64,000 nt of DNA from a virus (lineage: Duplodnaviria; Caudoviricetes): positions 1,937-65,936 of the IMG/VR virus record IMGVR_UViG_3300042402_002579; one strand, 5' to 3'. Both the position numbers and the translations under genes were made by a program. This document shows, piece after piece, positions 55,572-64,000 of this stretch. Each line of letters starts with the position of its first letter. Position 1 is the stretch's first letter. A model generated the notes under the pieces. The model was not told the origin of the DNA, made no database searches, and was given only the letters and a program-made list of their open reading frames with translations.

Positions 55572-58500
55572 ATGACTAAACAAATTATAAACGTAGGCAT
55601 AACAGCTAACGATAAAAAGGGAGATAGCCTACGAGCTGCGTTCCAAAAAGTAAATGCTAACTTTACAGAACTGTATACTGTATTAGGAATAAATGCAGAC
55701 GGCACGTTAAACCTAGGAGCATTTGAGTTTACGGGCAGTGTGATGAGCACTACTGATAGTTCAGCAATTACTATCGATCAAGCAACTACCATAACCAGCA
55801 ACTTGACTGTGGGTGGGGACATATTACCCAGCACAAACTTAGGTGGCAATATTGGTAGCCCAACGCAACAGTGGCGTAGTTTGTATGTCAGCACCAACAC
55901 CATATTCATTAACAACATTCCATTAAGTATTACTGATCAAGGTCAACTGATTATTGACGGAGATGTGGTTACAGGCGGCAATGCTAACACTGGTGATATC
56001 ACATTTGCGAACAACACAATCATTGCGGACCCAGGCGCAGTTTTCCAACTTGAATCCAAAGACGACAACGATGTTGTTCGAGCCTACTTTAGACTAGATC
56101 CAAGCAATGGCCTAGCAGAAATTGGAATTGATGGTGGTGGCGATTTTAAATTTGAATTTGTTGATGACACCACAAGACTACGACTACCTCCAGGCGGTGA
56201 CATTGTAGACAGCACAGGTGCTAGTGTATTAGGTGGCGGCGGATTATCTATCACAGACTTTGGCCTAGGCTTTACTGACTCATTAGATGCTGGAAAAATC
56301 ACCACCAGCAAACTGTACAATGAAAATCCCAATCCGGGACTCAACAACCTGTATGTACTGGAAGTCACCAATGGCGGTGTTGTGGTATTGCCAGATCAAA
56401 GTATCATCAACGGTGCTACACTAAAAACCGTAGCAGGCAACTATGCTGGTATCACAGCAGGCCCGCAAGGTGCTGATGAAGATTCATGGATGTGGGTTGA
56501 CAACAATGGCGCTACTATTGCTACAAAATACAGCACAGATGCTCACACTTGGACATTCAATAACGATGGCGACTTAACTGCTCCTGGAGATATTGTTGTT
56601 GGCGGCATTAATGGTGGTCATCTTATCGTAGACGGTAACGACGGTGATAACACTAGTGTGCGTTGGTATAATATGCCCAGTAATCAAGACCACAGCATCA
56701 TCAGAACCTATACTGGTAATCCAGATGATGAAACAGAACTAAACCGAGGTCGAATTCAACTAGCCTGGCAAGACAGTGATCGCAGTGGCCTAAGAATTAT
56801 ATCATATGATCGCAGTAATGATAGCAATGATGAAGAAGATGTTGTTACACACAGATGGACCTTCAAAGGCGACGGCGGATTACAATTCCCAGACGACACA
56901 GTTCAGACCACAGCCTACACCGGCGGTAGTGGAAGTAGTACAGTAGTCCGTCAAGACACAGCACCCACAGCAGCCAATGGCACCTTATGGTTCAACACAC
57001 TAGAAGGCAGACTCTACATCAAGTACAGCGATGTTTGGGTAGACGCGGCTCCACTAGTTCAACCACCACCAGACACTGATATTGATGTTAATTCTATTAC
57101 ATTCCCAGATGCGTCAGTATTAACTTCTGTGGCGGACCTAACTCCAGATAGATTAGTCAGCGGCGTTCATGAACTGGTGCTTGGCACAGATGGTGTTCTA
57201 ACACTGCCAAATGATATGACCATAGACGCATCGGTGAGTTTTGGAATTGTAACAATTGGTGGCGACAATACTGAGATTAGCATTGACAACGGTGGAGCAC
57301 CTCCGGGATTCCGTATTACAACTGATAAGACCGGAGAAAGTTATCAATGGTTTTTTGGTGAAGATGGAAATCTAACACTACCAGGAGATTCAAATGGAAC
57401 GATTGGAGAAAATGAAACTGGGTTAGCAATAACCAGCGAACAAGAGTTTGCTATTTTTGCTAACTCAGTTGAGAGCTTTAAGCTCTGGAGATTTGGCACA
57501 GATGGTGCATTAACATTGCCTACCGGTGGACATATTGGTCCGAGTGGCGGTAAAGGACTAGGTACTACGTATGGCGGCGCAAATGATCATTTAGTAAGTT
57601 TAACCAGTTATTATGATAGTGGTCTATATTCCAGTTGTGTTACTGCTTACGCTGATGGTACATTAAACATCACTGCTTATAATGATGGCGGCCCAAATCC
57701 GGCTAAAATCTGGACATTTGACAATACTGGTACTCTGACACTCCCAGATAACAGTGGTATTAAATCCGCTACCAACATCGACATCACCATAGACACTCCG
57801 GACAGCAGCACATTCAATTGGCAGTTCGGTGCAGATGGTGCATTAACATTGCCTGGTGGTAGTACCCGTATTGGCACATTGCTGGGATCAGATGCTATTA
57901 TAGCCAACGAGGACACAGTATTTGCTGTTGTAACACAAGGAACAAATGGTGCGGGCGTACTGATATGGATAGAAGATTCAGAAAATTTTAGTACCAGTAA
58001 TCTAGCGGCTGTATATACCAATCCAGAAGGTTCGGGAACTGTTAGGATAGCAACAGGTGCCAATGGCAGCCCTGGACCCAAGTTCTGGACATTTGGCACA
58101 GACGGTAATTTAACATTGCCAGGCGACATCCTCAGTGAAAACGGTATTAATATTGACATCAACTTGAGTGACTCAACATTACGCAGATGGCAGTTTGGTG
58201 AGGATGGTGATCTAACATTCCCAGATAATACTGTACAGACAACGGCTTATACTGGCAATACCACTGCGACTACTCCAACAACAACTGGTATCCCTAATGG
58301 GTTCACCCTGTCTACTGGCAATAATACTAACCTCACTCCAGGCAACTATTTCAACATACTTGTTGGGTTTGATGGCAAAAATGTTACGCTAGGAGTTCAG
58401 GTTAGCAGTGAATATAATATTACTATTTTTGGTATTACAAATGCGTCGCCAGCTACTTTTATTATTGGTGACAATGCTGTAATAAATGGCGATCTTATTG

Positions 58501-58823
58501 GTGGTGCTACACCTGCTGATGACTTGACTATTACTGTAGACAGTCTAGAGACTGTTGCTATAGACCTAACTAAAACTATCAACAAACTAACAGACGGCAA
58601 TTATGCTTTAGCAGACGGTGTTGAAGGTCAAATCATGTATCTAGTTAGAAGTCCCGAAACTATCTCTGAGAATGTGTTTGTAGATGTACTAAATGGTGAT
58701 GGTGATAATCCACTGCGTCCATTTATGACTAATGGTGGATTTGCCGATATTGATAATACTGGAATCTGTACCTTAATCTTTACAGACGGTACTTGGAAAC
58801 AAACTGGCGGACTGTGGGATTAA
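55572..58823 (+). CDS. modular fibre-like virion protein
   Basis: ANDKKGDSLRAAF.KVN.NF.ELY head; about 9 WxFxxDGxLTLP junction motifs. Confidence 0.8.
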   Translation: MTKQIINVGITANDKKGDSLRAAFQKVNANFTELYTVLGINADGTLNLGAFEFTGSVMSTTDSSAITIDQATTITSNLTVGGDILPSTNLGGNIGSPTQQWRSLYVSTNTIFINNIPLSITDQGQLIIDGDVVTGGNANTGDITFANNTIIADPGAVFQLESKDDNDVVRAYFRLDPSNGLAEIGIDGGGDFKFEFVDDTTRLRLPPGGDIVDSTGASVLGGGGLSITDFGLGFTDSLDAGKITTSKLYNENPNPGLNNLYVLEVTNGGVVVLPDQSIINGATLKTVAGNYAGITAGPQGADEDSWMWVDNNGATIATKYSTDAHTWTFNNDGDLTAPGDIVVGGINGGHLIVDGNDGDNTSVRWYNMPSNQDHSIIRTYTGNPDDETELNRGRIQLAWQDSDRSGLRIISYDRSNDSNDEEDVVTHRWTFKGDGGLQFPDDTVQTTAYTGGSGSSTVVRQDTAPTAANGTLWFNTLEGRLYIKYSDVWVDAAPLVQPPPDTDIDVNSITFPDASVLTSVADLTPDRLVSGVHELVLGTDGVLTLPNDMTIDASVSFGIVTIGGDNTEISIDNGGAPPGFRITTDKTGESYQWFFGEDGNLTLPGDSNGTIGENETGLAITSEQEFAIFANSVESFKLWRFGTDGALTLPTGGHIGPSGGKGLGTTYGGANDHLVSLTSYYDSGLYSSCVTAYADGTLNITAYNDGGPNPAKIWTFDNTGTLTLPDNSGIKSATNIDITIDTPDSSTFNWQFGADGALTLPGGSTRIGTLLGSDAIIANEDTVFAVVTQGTNGAGVLIWIEDSENFSTSNLAAVYTNPEGSGTVRIATGANGSPGPKFWTFGTDGNLTLPGDILSENGINIDINLSDSTLRRWQFGEDGDLTFPDNTVQTTAYTGNTTATTPTTTGIPNGFTLSTGNNTNLTPGNYFNILVGFDGKNVTLGVQVSSEYNITIFGITNASPATFIIGDNAVINGDLIGGATPADDLTITVDSLETVAIDLTKTINKLTDGNYALADGVEGQIMYLVRSPETISENVFVDVLNGDGDNPLRPFMTNGGFADIDNTGICTLIFTDGTWKQTGGLWD

Positions 58824-58852
58824 AAACCGATAAATATGAATAGGACACAAAA

Positions 58853-59059
58853 ATGGCAATAACATTTCCAACAGAGCCCACACTAGGGCAAGAATTCGTA
58901 GGTGACAACTCTGTGACCTATCAATGGACCGGCAGCATTTGGAGCACACTAGTTCCTTGGCTAGCAGGTAGAGCACAGTATGTAGCAGAGGGCGGGTTTG
59001 CTGATCAAACCTACAACGATAACTTAGACAACACCATCGACGGTGGCAACGGAGCATAA
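58853..59059 (+). CDS. small virion-associated protein
   Basis: FP..PT.GQ...YQWTG..W...DGG pattern; TAAATA plus AGGA upstream. Confidence 0.7.
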   Translation: MAITFPTEPTLGQEFVGDNSVTYQWTGSIWSTLVPWLAGRAQYVAEGGFADQTYNDNLDNTIDGGNGA

Positions 59060-59062
59060 ACA

Positions 59063-62000
59063 ATGACAACAAGAATCAAACTACGCCGTGACACTGCGGC
59101 AAACTGGACACAAGAAAATCCCGTACTAGCCGCCGGCGAACCAGGATTAGAAACAGATACTGGCAAGGTCAAGTATGGTAATGGTACCAGTACTTGGGCA
59201 CAGTTGAGTTATGGTGGAGGCGATGGTGCTACTCTTACTGCTGAAGGCAATGTTGTAGTCACAGCAGGAAGCACAGAGCATTGGATCGCCACACAGCGTA
59301 GCCAAGAAGGGGACACTAAACCCCGTGCTCTGCGTTATGACAGCCTGGGTAATCTTTACTCATTGACTCAAACTGATGAAGATGATGACAACTACCCCAT
59401 AGCAGTTCTTACCAAATACACAGCCGCTGGTGCCATAGCATGGCAAAAATCATTCAGTGAGTATTATCCAATAGCATTGGCCATAGACAGTTCGGATCGT
59501 GCTTACATTACTCTTAACGCAGGCGATGAAAGTTCTGATGTTATCGTGATGCAGTTTGAATCCACGGGCACTTTGGGTTGGAAGAAAGAATATGTCATTG
59601 GACAGATTTCGTCCTTCCTAGGCTACATTGAAGAAAAGAGCACTACCACATTGGCCTTGGCCTTTTCAGTGGGTGAAGGTGGTCCAGGACCTAGCGCAGT
59701 ATTAATAATGGAAATCAGCATCACTGATGGCTCAGTGCTGTTGAAAAAATCCTTACAGTTGCCCGTAACAGACCTTGTGATTGTTACAGGTATCGATGTT
59801 GACCCTGATGAGAATGTTTTTGTCACTGGTTATTACAACGACACCAATGCCGGTGTTAACAAGATGTTCATTGAAAAACTAGACGAGGATCTAGAGCCTG
59901 TATGGAGCAAGAGTCTAGAAGCCCCTGACAACTATGATATGACAGGCGGTGACTGTGCCAGTGACGCACTGGGCAATATCTATGCGGTAGGTGCCTATGA
60001 AGTTAAAACTACAAACAGTGATATCAATAACACTCCAGAAGCGTCTGCTGGTATATTGACCAAACTGAACTCAAGTGGTGTGGTACAGTGGACACGCAGA
60101 CTTGGTCCGGGACCTTGCGGCAGTTGGATCGCAGGCCTAACAGCCACTGCCACAGGTGATGTTTATCTATCATCAGTGACATTTGCCAAGAAAACAGGTG
60201 CCCTACCTGATGTTTCAGAACAAGGACGCGAAAATCTTGGACAGAACAAGATGATCGTGGTTCGCTATGACACACAGGGTGCGGTGGTTTGGCAACGCTA
60301 TGTTGATGTGGCTCACTTAGAAGAAGAGGAACCCGATGGTCAAGAATTCACCCGCGGTCAGGCCATAGCAGTATTTGGTGACAAGTTTGCCGTAGACGGA
60401 TACGGATACAGTTGGAATACCACACCGTTTAGAGTCAGCAATTCAGCAGACGACGAATTCGATTACTTTGTGGTACAGTTGCCCACAGCAGGCACTGACT
60501 TGACCATTGGTGATTTAAGTTTTACAGAAAGCCGAGTGCCAGGACGATTTGTCACCCACACTACCAGCGACAGTCCGTTGACCCACGAAAACTGGGATGG
60601 GACTATTACCGCAACAAATTCCACACTGGTACCAGACGCTGACACCACTGTGGCCAACAACATTGTCAAGAGTGAAACTTACGCTTATACATTTGGTGCT
60701 GACGGTACGCTGACCATACCCAACGATGGTGACCTTAAACTGACACAGACGCAGGTAGGTTGGTTTATTGGTCTAGACAGTCGCGATTCTAATAATCACA
60801 TCGAAGGCGATTGCGTTGCAGTTGACTCACAGGGCTACAGTTATATAGGTGGCGACGAAGATGACGACGACCATGCATTCGTAATGAAGATCAGTCCTGA
60901 AGGCGATAGACTATGGAGTGTTAGAGTTTTTGAAGATGACAATGGCGACAATGGTGAGTTAACCAGCCTCAAAATTCATCCCGTCACAGGCAACATCATG
61001 GGGTTGGGTTATGTTTTTGACACCTATACTTACAGCATATTGTTTACTTTAGATCAAGATACTGGTCGTCTTTTAAATGTTACAGAATTCAAAGACAGTG
61101 ACGGCGATGTTGAACTAAACACCATTGCCTGGACCAGCGACGGAGCCTATGTGATAGGTGGTAGAAAAATGGGCGAGTTCAGTGCTGAGTTTCCTGTAGT
61201 CCCACAAACAGGCAGCGGTGTAGGCACTATTGTGATTTTAAGAAGTGCTGTTCCAGAAGTTGAGTATATCAATGACGACTGGCAGATTGGCGGAACTGGT
61301 ATTTCACCGTTCCAAAGTGTTAACTTTTCGGAACGCTACACTGGATTGACTGGTACAACACGAGAAGGTTCAGGTGCTGTGTTTAGTATTACTATTGGCG
61401 GCACCGGCCCTTATACCTACGAAAGTGTCACAGCGACAACTGCTGGCACTGACTATCGCCCTGGACACAAGATCAAGGTGTTGGGCACTGACCTTGAAGG
61501 ATTGACCCCAACCAATGATGCCGTAATTCAAGTCACTGAGGTCGACGGATCGGGCGGAATCGTTACTGCCACTATAACTGGAACTTATGGCAACGCACAA
61601 GAAGCACCTTATACCTATACAGGCAAAACAGGCACTAACTTTGAAGTAGGTTCTGGATTAACCTTTACAATACAAGGACCGTTCTTTGACAACGATTACA
61701 GCAATCAAGACGGTACTCGTACAATTACTGCCAACGGTAGTAACTATGTCAACGGTGATTTCGTTGTCGTTCCCGGAACAAGCCTAGGCGGAACAAGTCC
61801 CGCTAACGACCTAACACTTAATCTCTATGTTGACCAAAATGAGCAGTTCATCAATAATGTGTCAGGTACAAGTCAATCCTTAACTTGGAAGATAGAAACA
61901 ACCGCACAGGTTGACTTTACTGCCGACGGTAGTTGGTCAGTGACCTACTCACGAGACAATGACTGTGTGCTGATTACTCCTACTTGGCAGCGTACATTTG

Positions 62001-63247
62001 GCACAGCAAAAGATAAGTATGATGAAATAATTACACTAGCAATAGACAGCCAAGACAATATCATTGCGGTAGGTGATGGATATGGAGAATTGGCAGCGAA
62101 CAATTTTGATGATCTATCGGTGGTCTACAAGTTCAACAGCGCAGGTACATTACAATGGGCTCGTCAACTCAACGCTGGAAACGACGATCACGAAGGACAT
62201 AGTGTAGTGACCATTGGCACAGACATCTATGTTGTAGACGAAAACGACGAGGGTGATTCTTTTGTCAGCAAGTTAGACAGCACGGGCACAGTCAAATGGC
62301 AGAGACGCATTGAAGGTCAGGATATAACCATTGCCCGTACACTGGACGGAAATCTATTGATAGCAGCCGAAGATGGTGATGCGCCAATTACCACAGACAA
62401 CGACACTGCTATTAAAATATTCCTACTAACACCCGCAGGAGAAACTGTGTGGAAGCGTTGGCTGTCTCCTAACATTGACTATAGTGCTTACATTGGCAGT
62501 TCTGGTGAGTGTCTAGTCACAGACGCTAACAGTTTCTATATCACGGGACGTAATAGCACCGATGATGATAATTGGGCTTGGGCTGCTCGCTTGCCTCTAG
62601 ACGGCTCGGGCACAGGCGAGTATGGACAGTTCTGCTACACAGATGTTAATACAGAGACCAACTACTGGGGCGCCGATTTCAACTACGCTATTGATGTTGT
62701 TGATATAGCAGGTGTGAACAATTATGCTGGCCTATTAAACGACAGCAGTGATCCATTGATCAAAACCACAGCCACAGTGACCGTGACTACTAACAACACC
62801 AGCGACTATGACGTTAGCAGTTACTATCCACCAATGGTCGTAGAAATTGTGCGTGACACAGACGGCGGCAACATTGTGTTTGCCGATGGTACCAAACAGA
62901 GTACCAGTGCTACAGATGTTCCGCAGAGACTGTTCAATGGTGTAGCATATACGCTAGGTATGGTGGATCGCGGTCATCACATTCTCTGTACCGACGATAT
63001 CGAAAGCATTCGTATCCCCTACAATGCTCGCGTAGAGTTCCCCATAGGCACAGTGATTACCATTGTGAATCCTCGAGGTGATAGTGTGGCTATCAACACA
63101 GAAGGCGGCAGTATACAAGTGATGATCCCCGGTGATGATAATTACTCAAACGGTGGAACTTTCCTAGTATCTGAGTACGGTATGGCCACGCTGTTAAAGA
63201 TTGGTATGGACCAGTGGGTATTGGCCGGCAATGTTGGACCAGATTAA
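59063..63247 (+). CDS. fibre/receptor-binding protein with Mtd_N-like head and beta-propeller repeats
   Basis: IKLRRDTAANW...LAAGEPGLETDTGK.K.G.G...W..L.Y; repeated K..S.G...W.R blades. Confidence 0.8.
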   Translation: MTTRIKLRRDTAANWTQENPVLAAGEPGLETDTGKVKYGNGTSTWAQLSYGGGDGATLTAEGNVVVTAGSTEHWIATQRSQEGDTKPRALRYDSLGNLYSLTQTDEDDDNYPIAVLTKYTAAGAIAWQKSFSEYYPIALAIDSSDRAYITLNAGDESSDVIVMQFESTGTLGWKKEYVIGQISSFLGYIEEKSTTTLALAFSVGEGGPGPSAVLIMEISITDGSVLLKKSLQLPVTDLVIVTGIDVDPDENVFVTGYYNDTNAGVNKMFIEKLDEDLEPVWSKSLEAPDNYDMTGGDCASDALGNIYAVGAYEVKTTNSDINNTPEASAGILTKLNSSGVVQWTRRLGPGPCGSWIAGLTATATGDVYLSSVTFAKKTGALPDVSEQGRENLGQNKMIVVRYDTQGAVVWQRYVDVAHLEEEEPDGQEFTRGQAIAVFGDKFAVDGYGYSWNTTPFRVSNSADDEFDYFVVQLPTAGTDLTIGDLSFTESRVPGRFVTHTTSDSPLTHENWDGTITATNSTLVPDADTTVANNIVKSETYAYTFGADGTLTIPNDGDLKLTQTQVGWFIGLDSRDSNNHIEGDCVAVDSQGYSYIGGDEDDDDHAFVMKISPEGDRLWSVRVFEDDNGDNGELTSLKIHPVTGNIMGLGYVFDTYTYSILFTLDQDTGRLLNVTEFKDSDGDVELNTIAWTSDGAYVIGGRKMGEFSAEFPVVPQTGSGVGTIVILRSAVPEVEYINDDWQIGGTGISPFQSVNFSERYTGLTGTTREGSGAVFSITIGGTGPYTYESVTATTAGTDYRPGHKIKVLGTDLEGLTPTNDAVIQVTEVDGSGGIVTATITGTYGNAQEAPYTYTGKTGTNFEVGSGLTFTIQGPFFDNDYSNQDGTRTITANGSNYVNGDFVVVPGTSLGGTSPANDLTLNLYVDQNEQFINNVSGTSQSLTWKIETTAQVDFTADGSWSVTYSRDNDCVLITPTWQRTFGTAKDKYDEIITLAIDSQDNIIAVGDGYGELAANNFDDLSVVYKFNSAGTLQWARQLNAGNDDHEGHSVVTIGTDIYVVDENDEGDSFVSKLDSTGTVKWQRRIEGQDITIARTLDGNLLIAAEDGDAPITTDNDTAIKIFLLTPAGETVWKRWLSPNIDYSAYIGSSGECLVTDANSFYITGRNSTDDDNWAWAARLPLDGSGTGEYGQFCYTDVNTETNYWGADFNYAIDVVDIAGVNNYAGLLNDSSDPLIKTTATVTVTTNNTSDYDVSSYYPPMVVEIVRDTDGGNIVFADGTKQSTSATDVPQRLFNGVAYTLGMVDRGHHILCTDDIESIRIPYNARVEFPIGTVITIVNPRGDSVAINTEGGSIQVMIPGDDNYSNGGTFLVSEYGMATLLKIGMDQWVLAGNVGPD

Positions 63248-63256
63248 GGAAACGAG

Positions 63257-64000
63257 ATGCCCATATCACAAATATTATTAATCAGCACCACCAGCGGTGG
63301 AGGCGGTGGAGGCGGTGGATTGGCTCCGCCAACTACTTTTACACCTAACGTAGATACCAGCGGCATAGTTACCTCAGGTTGGCAAATCCTTATGGCCACC
63401 ACCGGATTAAAATCTAGTGAAACCTTAAGTGATCCTTTTGCCCGTATTGGAACTATCGGATTCCGAGAAGCCAACTTCCAATCTTCTGGGGCAATTACTC
63501 GCACAGCATTTGGCGACGGCCGTGGTGTTTATGCTAACTTTTTCCTCAAAACTGGCATTACAAAAATAGCCTTGGTAGATGGTTCTGGTACATTATCAGA
63601 TCCCACTTCTAACACCAACTATTTGATATACGATCTAGTGTCCAGTACAGGTTCGGAAACCATTTACGATATTATTAGACGCTTGGATTATTTTATGCAA
63701 ACCAATACTCCATTTGACGAAAATGACACAGTATATGGCAGTCCAGCAGTTACCGATTTCACTGCTGGCGCAAATGGATATTCTGGTTTATTGACCAGCA
63801 ATGGCGGCACAGGATTTAGGGACAACGACGGAGACCTTCCAGACAAGTTTGTCATAATGGGTATCAATCGAGCCGGTGACAACGACATTCAGGCCTTGTG
63901 CTCTTACAGTGGTAATCTACTGTCAGGTAAAGGTGATCAATGGCGCAATAATAATCCATTAGAAACATTTTGGAGTTATTGGGGCAATGATTTCCACACC
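63257..64000 (+). CDS. virion-associated protein (partial, runs off the window)
   Basis: Read manually: ATG 63257 after an AAGGA SD, open to the window end (MPISQILLISTTSGGGGGGG...). Confidence 0.75.
   Translation, partial: MPISQILLISTTSGGGGGGGGLAPPTTFTPNVDTSGIVTSGWQILMATTGLKSSETLSDPFARIGTIGFREANFQSSGAITRTAFGDGRGVYANFFLKTGITKIALVDGSGTLSDPTSNTNYLIYDLVSSTGSETIYDIIRRLDYFMQTNTPFDENDTVYGSPAVTDFTAGANGYSGLLTSNGGTGFRDNDGDLPDKFVIMGINRAGDNDIQALCSYSGNLLSGKGDQWRNNNPLETFWSYWGNDFHT

Noticed and set aside
47350-63888. Numerous 60-210 aa minus-strand ORFs within the structural genes
   Set aside because: Shadow frames of Gly/Thr/Val-rich coding sequence with no start signals or motifs
1-64000. CRISPR array
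   Set aside because: No regularly spaced repeat-spacer series seen; the only exact repeats noticed are intragenic and in frame
46319-64000. Diversity-generating retroelement suggested by Mtd_N-like heads
   Set aside because: No reverse transcriptase and no TR/VR pair differing at adenines was seen; Mtd_N-like heads are generic fibre attachment modules
1-64000. Stop-codon reassignment
   Set aside because: Recognisable genes are full length in the standard code and end in TAA, TAG or TGA at expected positions

Overview
This window is a gene-dense, AT-rich segment of a large tailed (T4-like or jumbo-type) phage genome read in the standard genetic code. A proteobacterial host is inferred from the IscU, IscA, IF-1 and KdsA types and the sigma70 promoters. 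Layout: (1) 1-8.2 kb holds three tRNAs (fMet-like, Pro, Gly), Fe/2OG oxygenases, SGNH-like proteins, IF-1, an adenylate-forming enzyme and a metallophosphoesterase. (2) A lone fibre-like gene sits at 8.2-9.8 kb. (3) A ~24 kb tailoring-enzyme island (9.8-33.5 kb) carries 10 radical SAM enzymes in 4 paralogue families, 6 Fe/2OG-type oxygenases, 2 degenerate kinase-fold proteins, SGNH-like proteins, an SDR, a desaturase, a QueC-like PP-loop enzyme and a methyltransferase. (4) A 111-nt non-canonical tRNA-like RNA under its own near-consensus sigma70 promoter is followed by an Hc1-like protein, thyX and hypotheticals. (5) A QueD/KdsA/glycosyltransferase/UvsE/SOD/IscU/IscA auxiliary block follows. 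(6) Large modular virion and fibre genes run from 46.3 kb to the end. The most notable signals are the enzyme island, the tRNA-like RNA, and a leaderless-mRNA architecture (TAAATA 3-6 nt before the start codon of at least 14 genes) alongside phage IF-1 and an initiator tRNA lacking the 3-GC anticodon stem. Product calls come from motif recognition by eye; no database searches were run.
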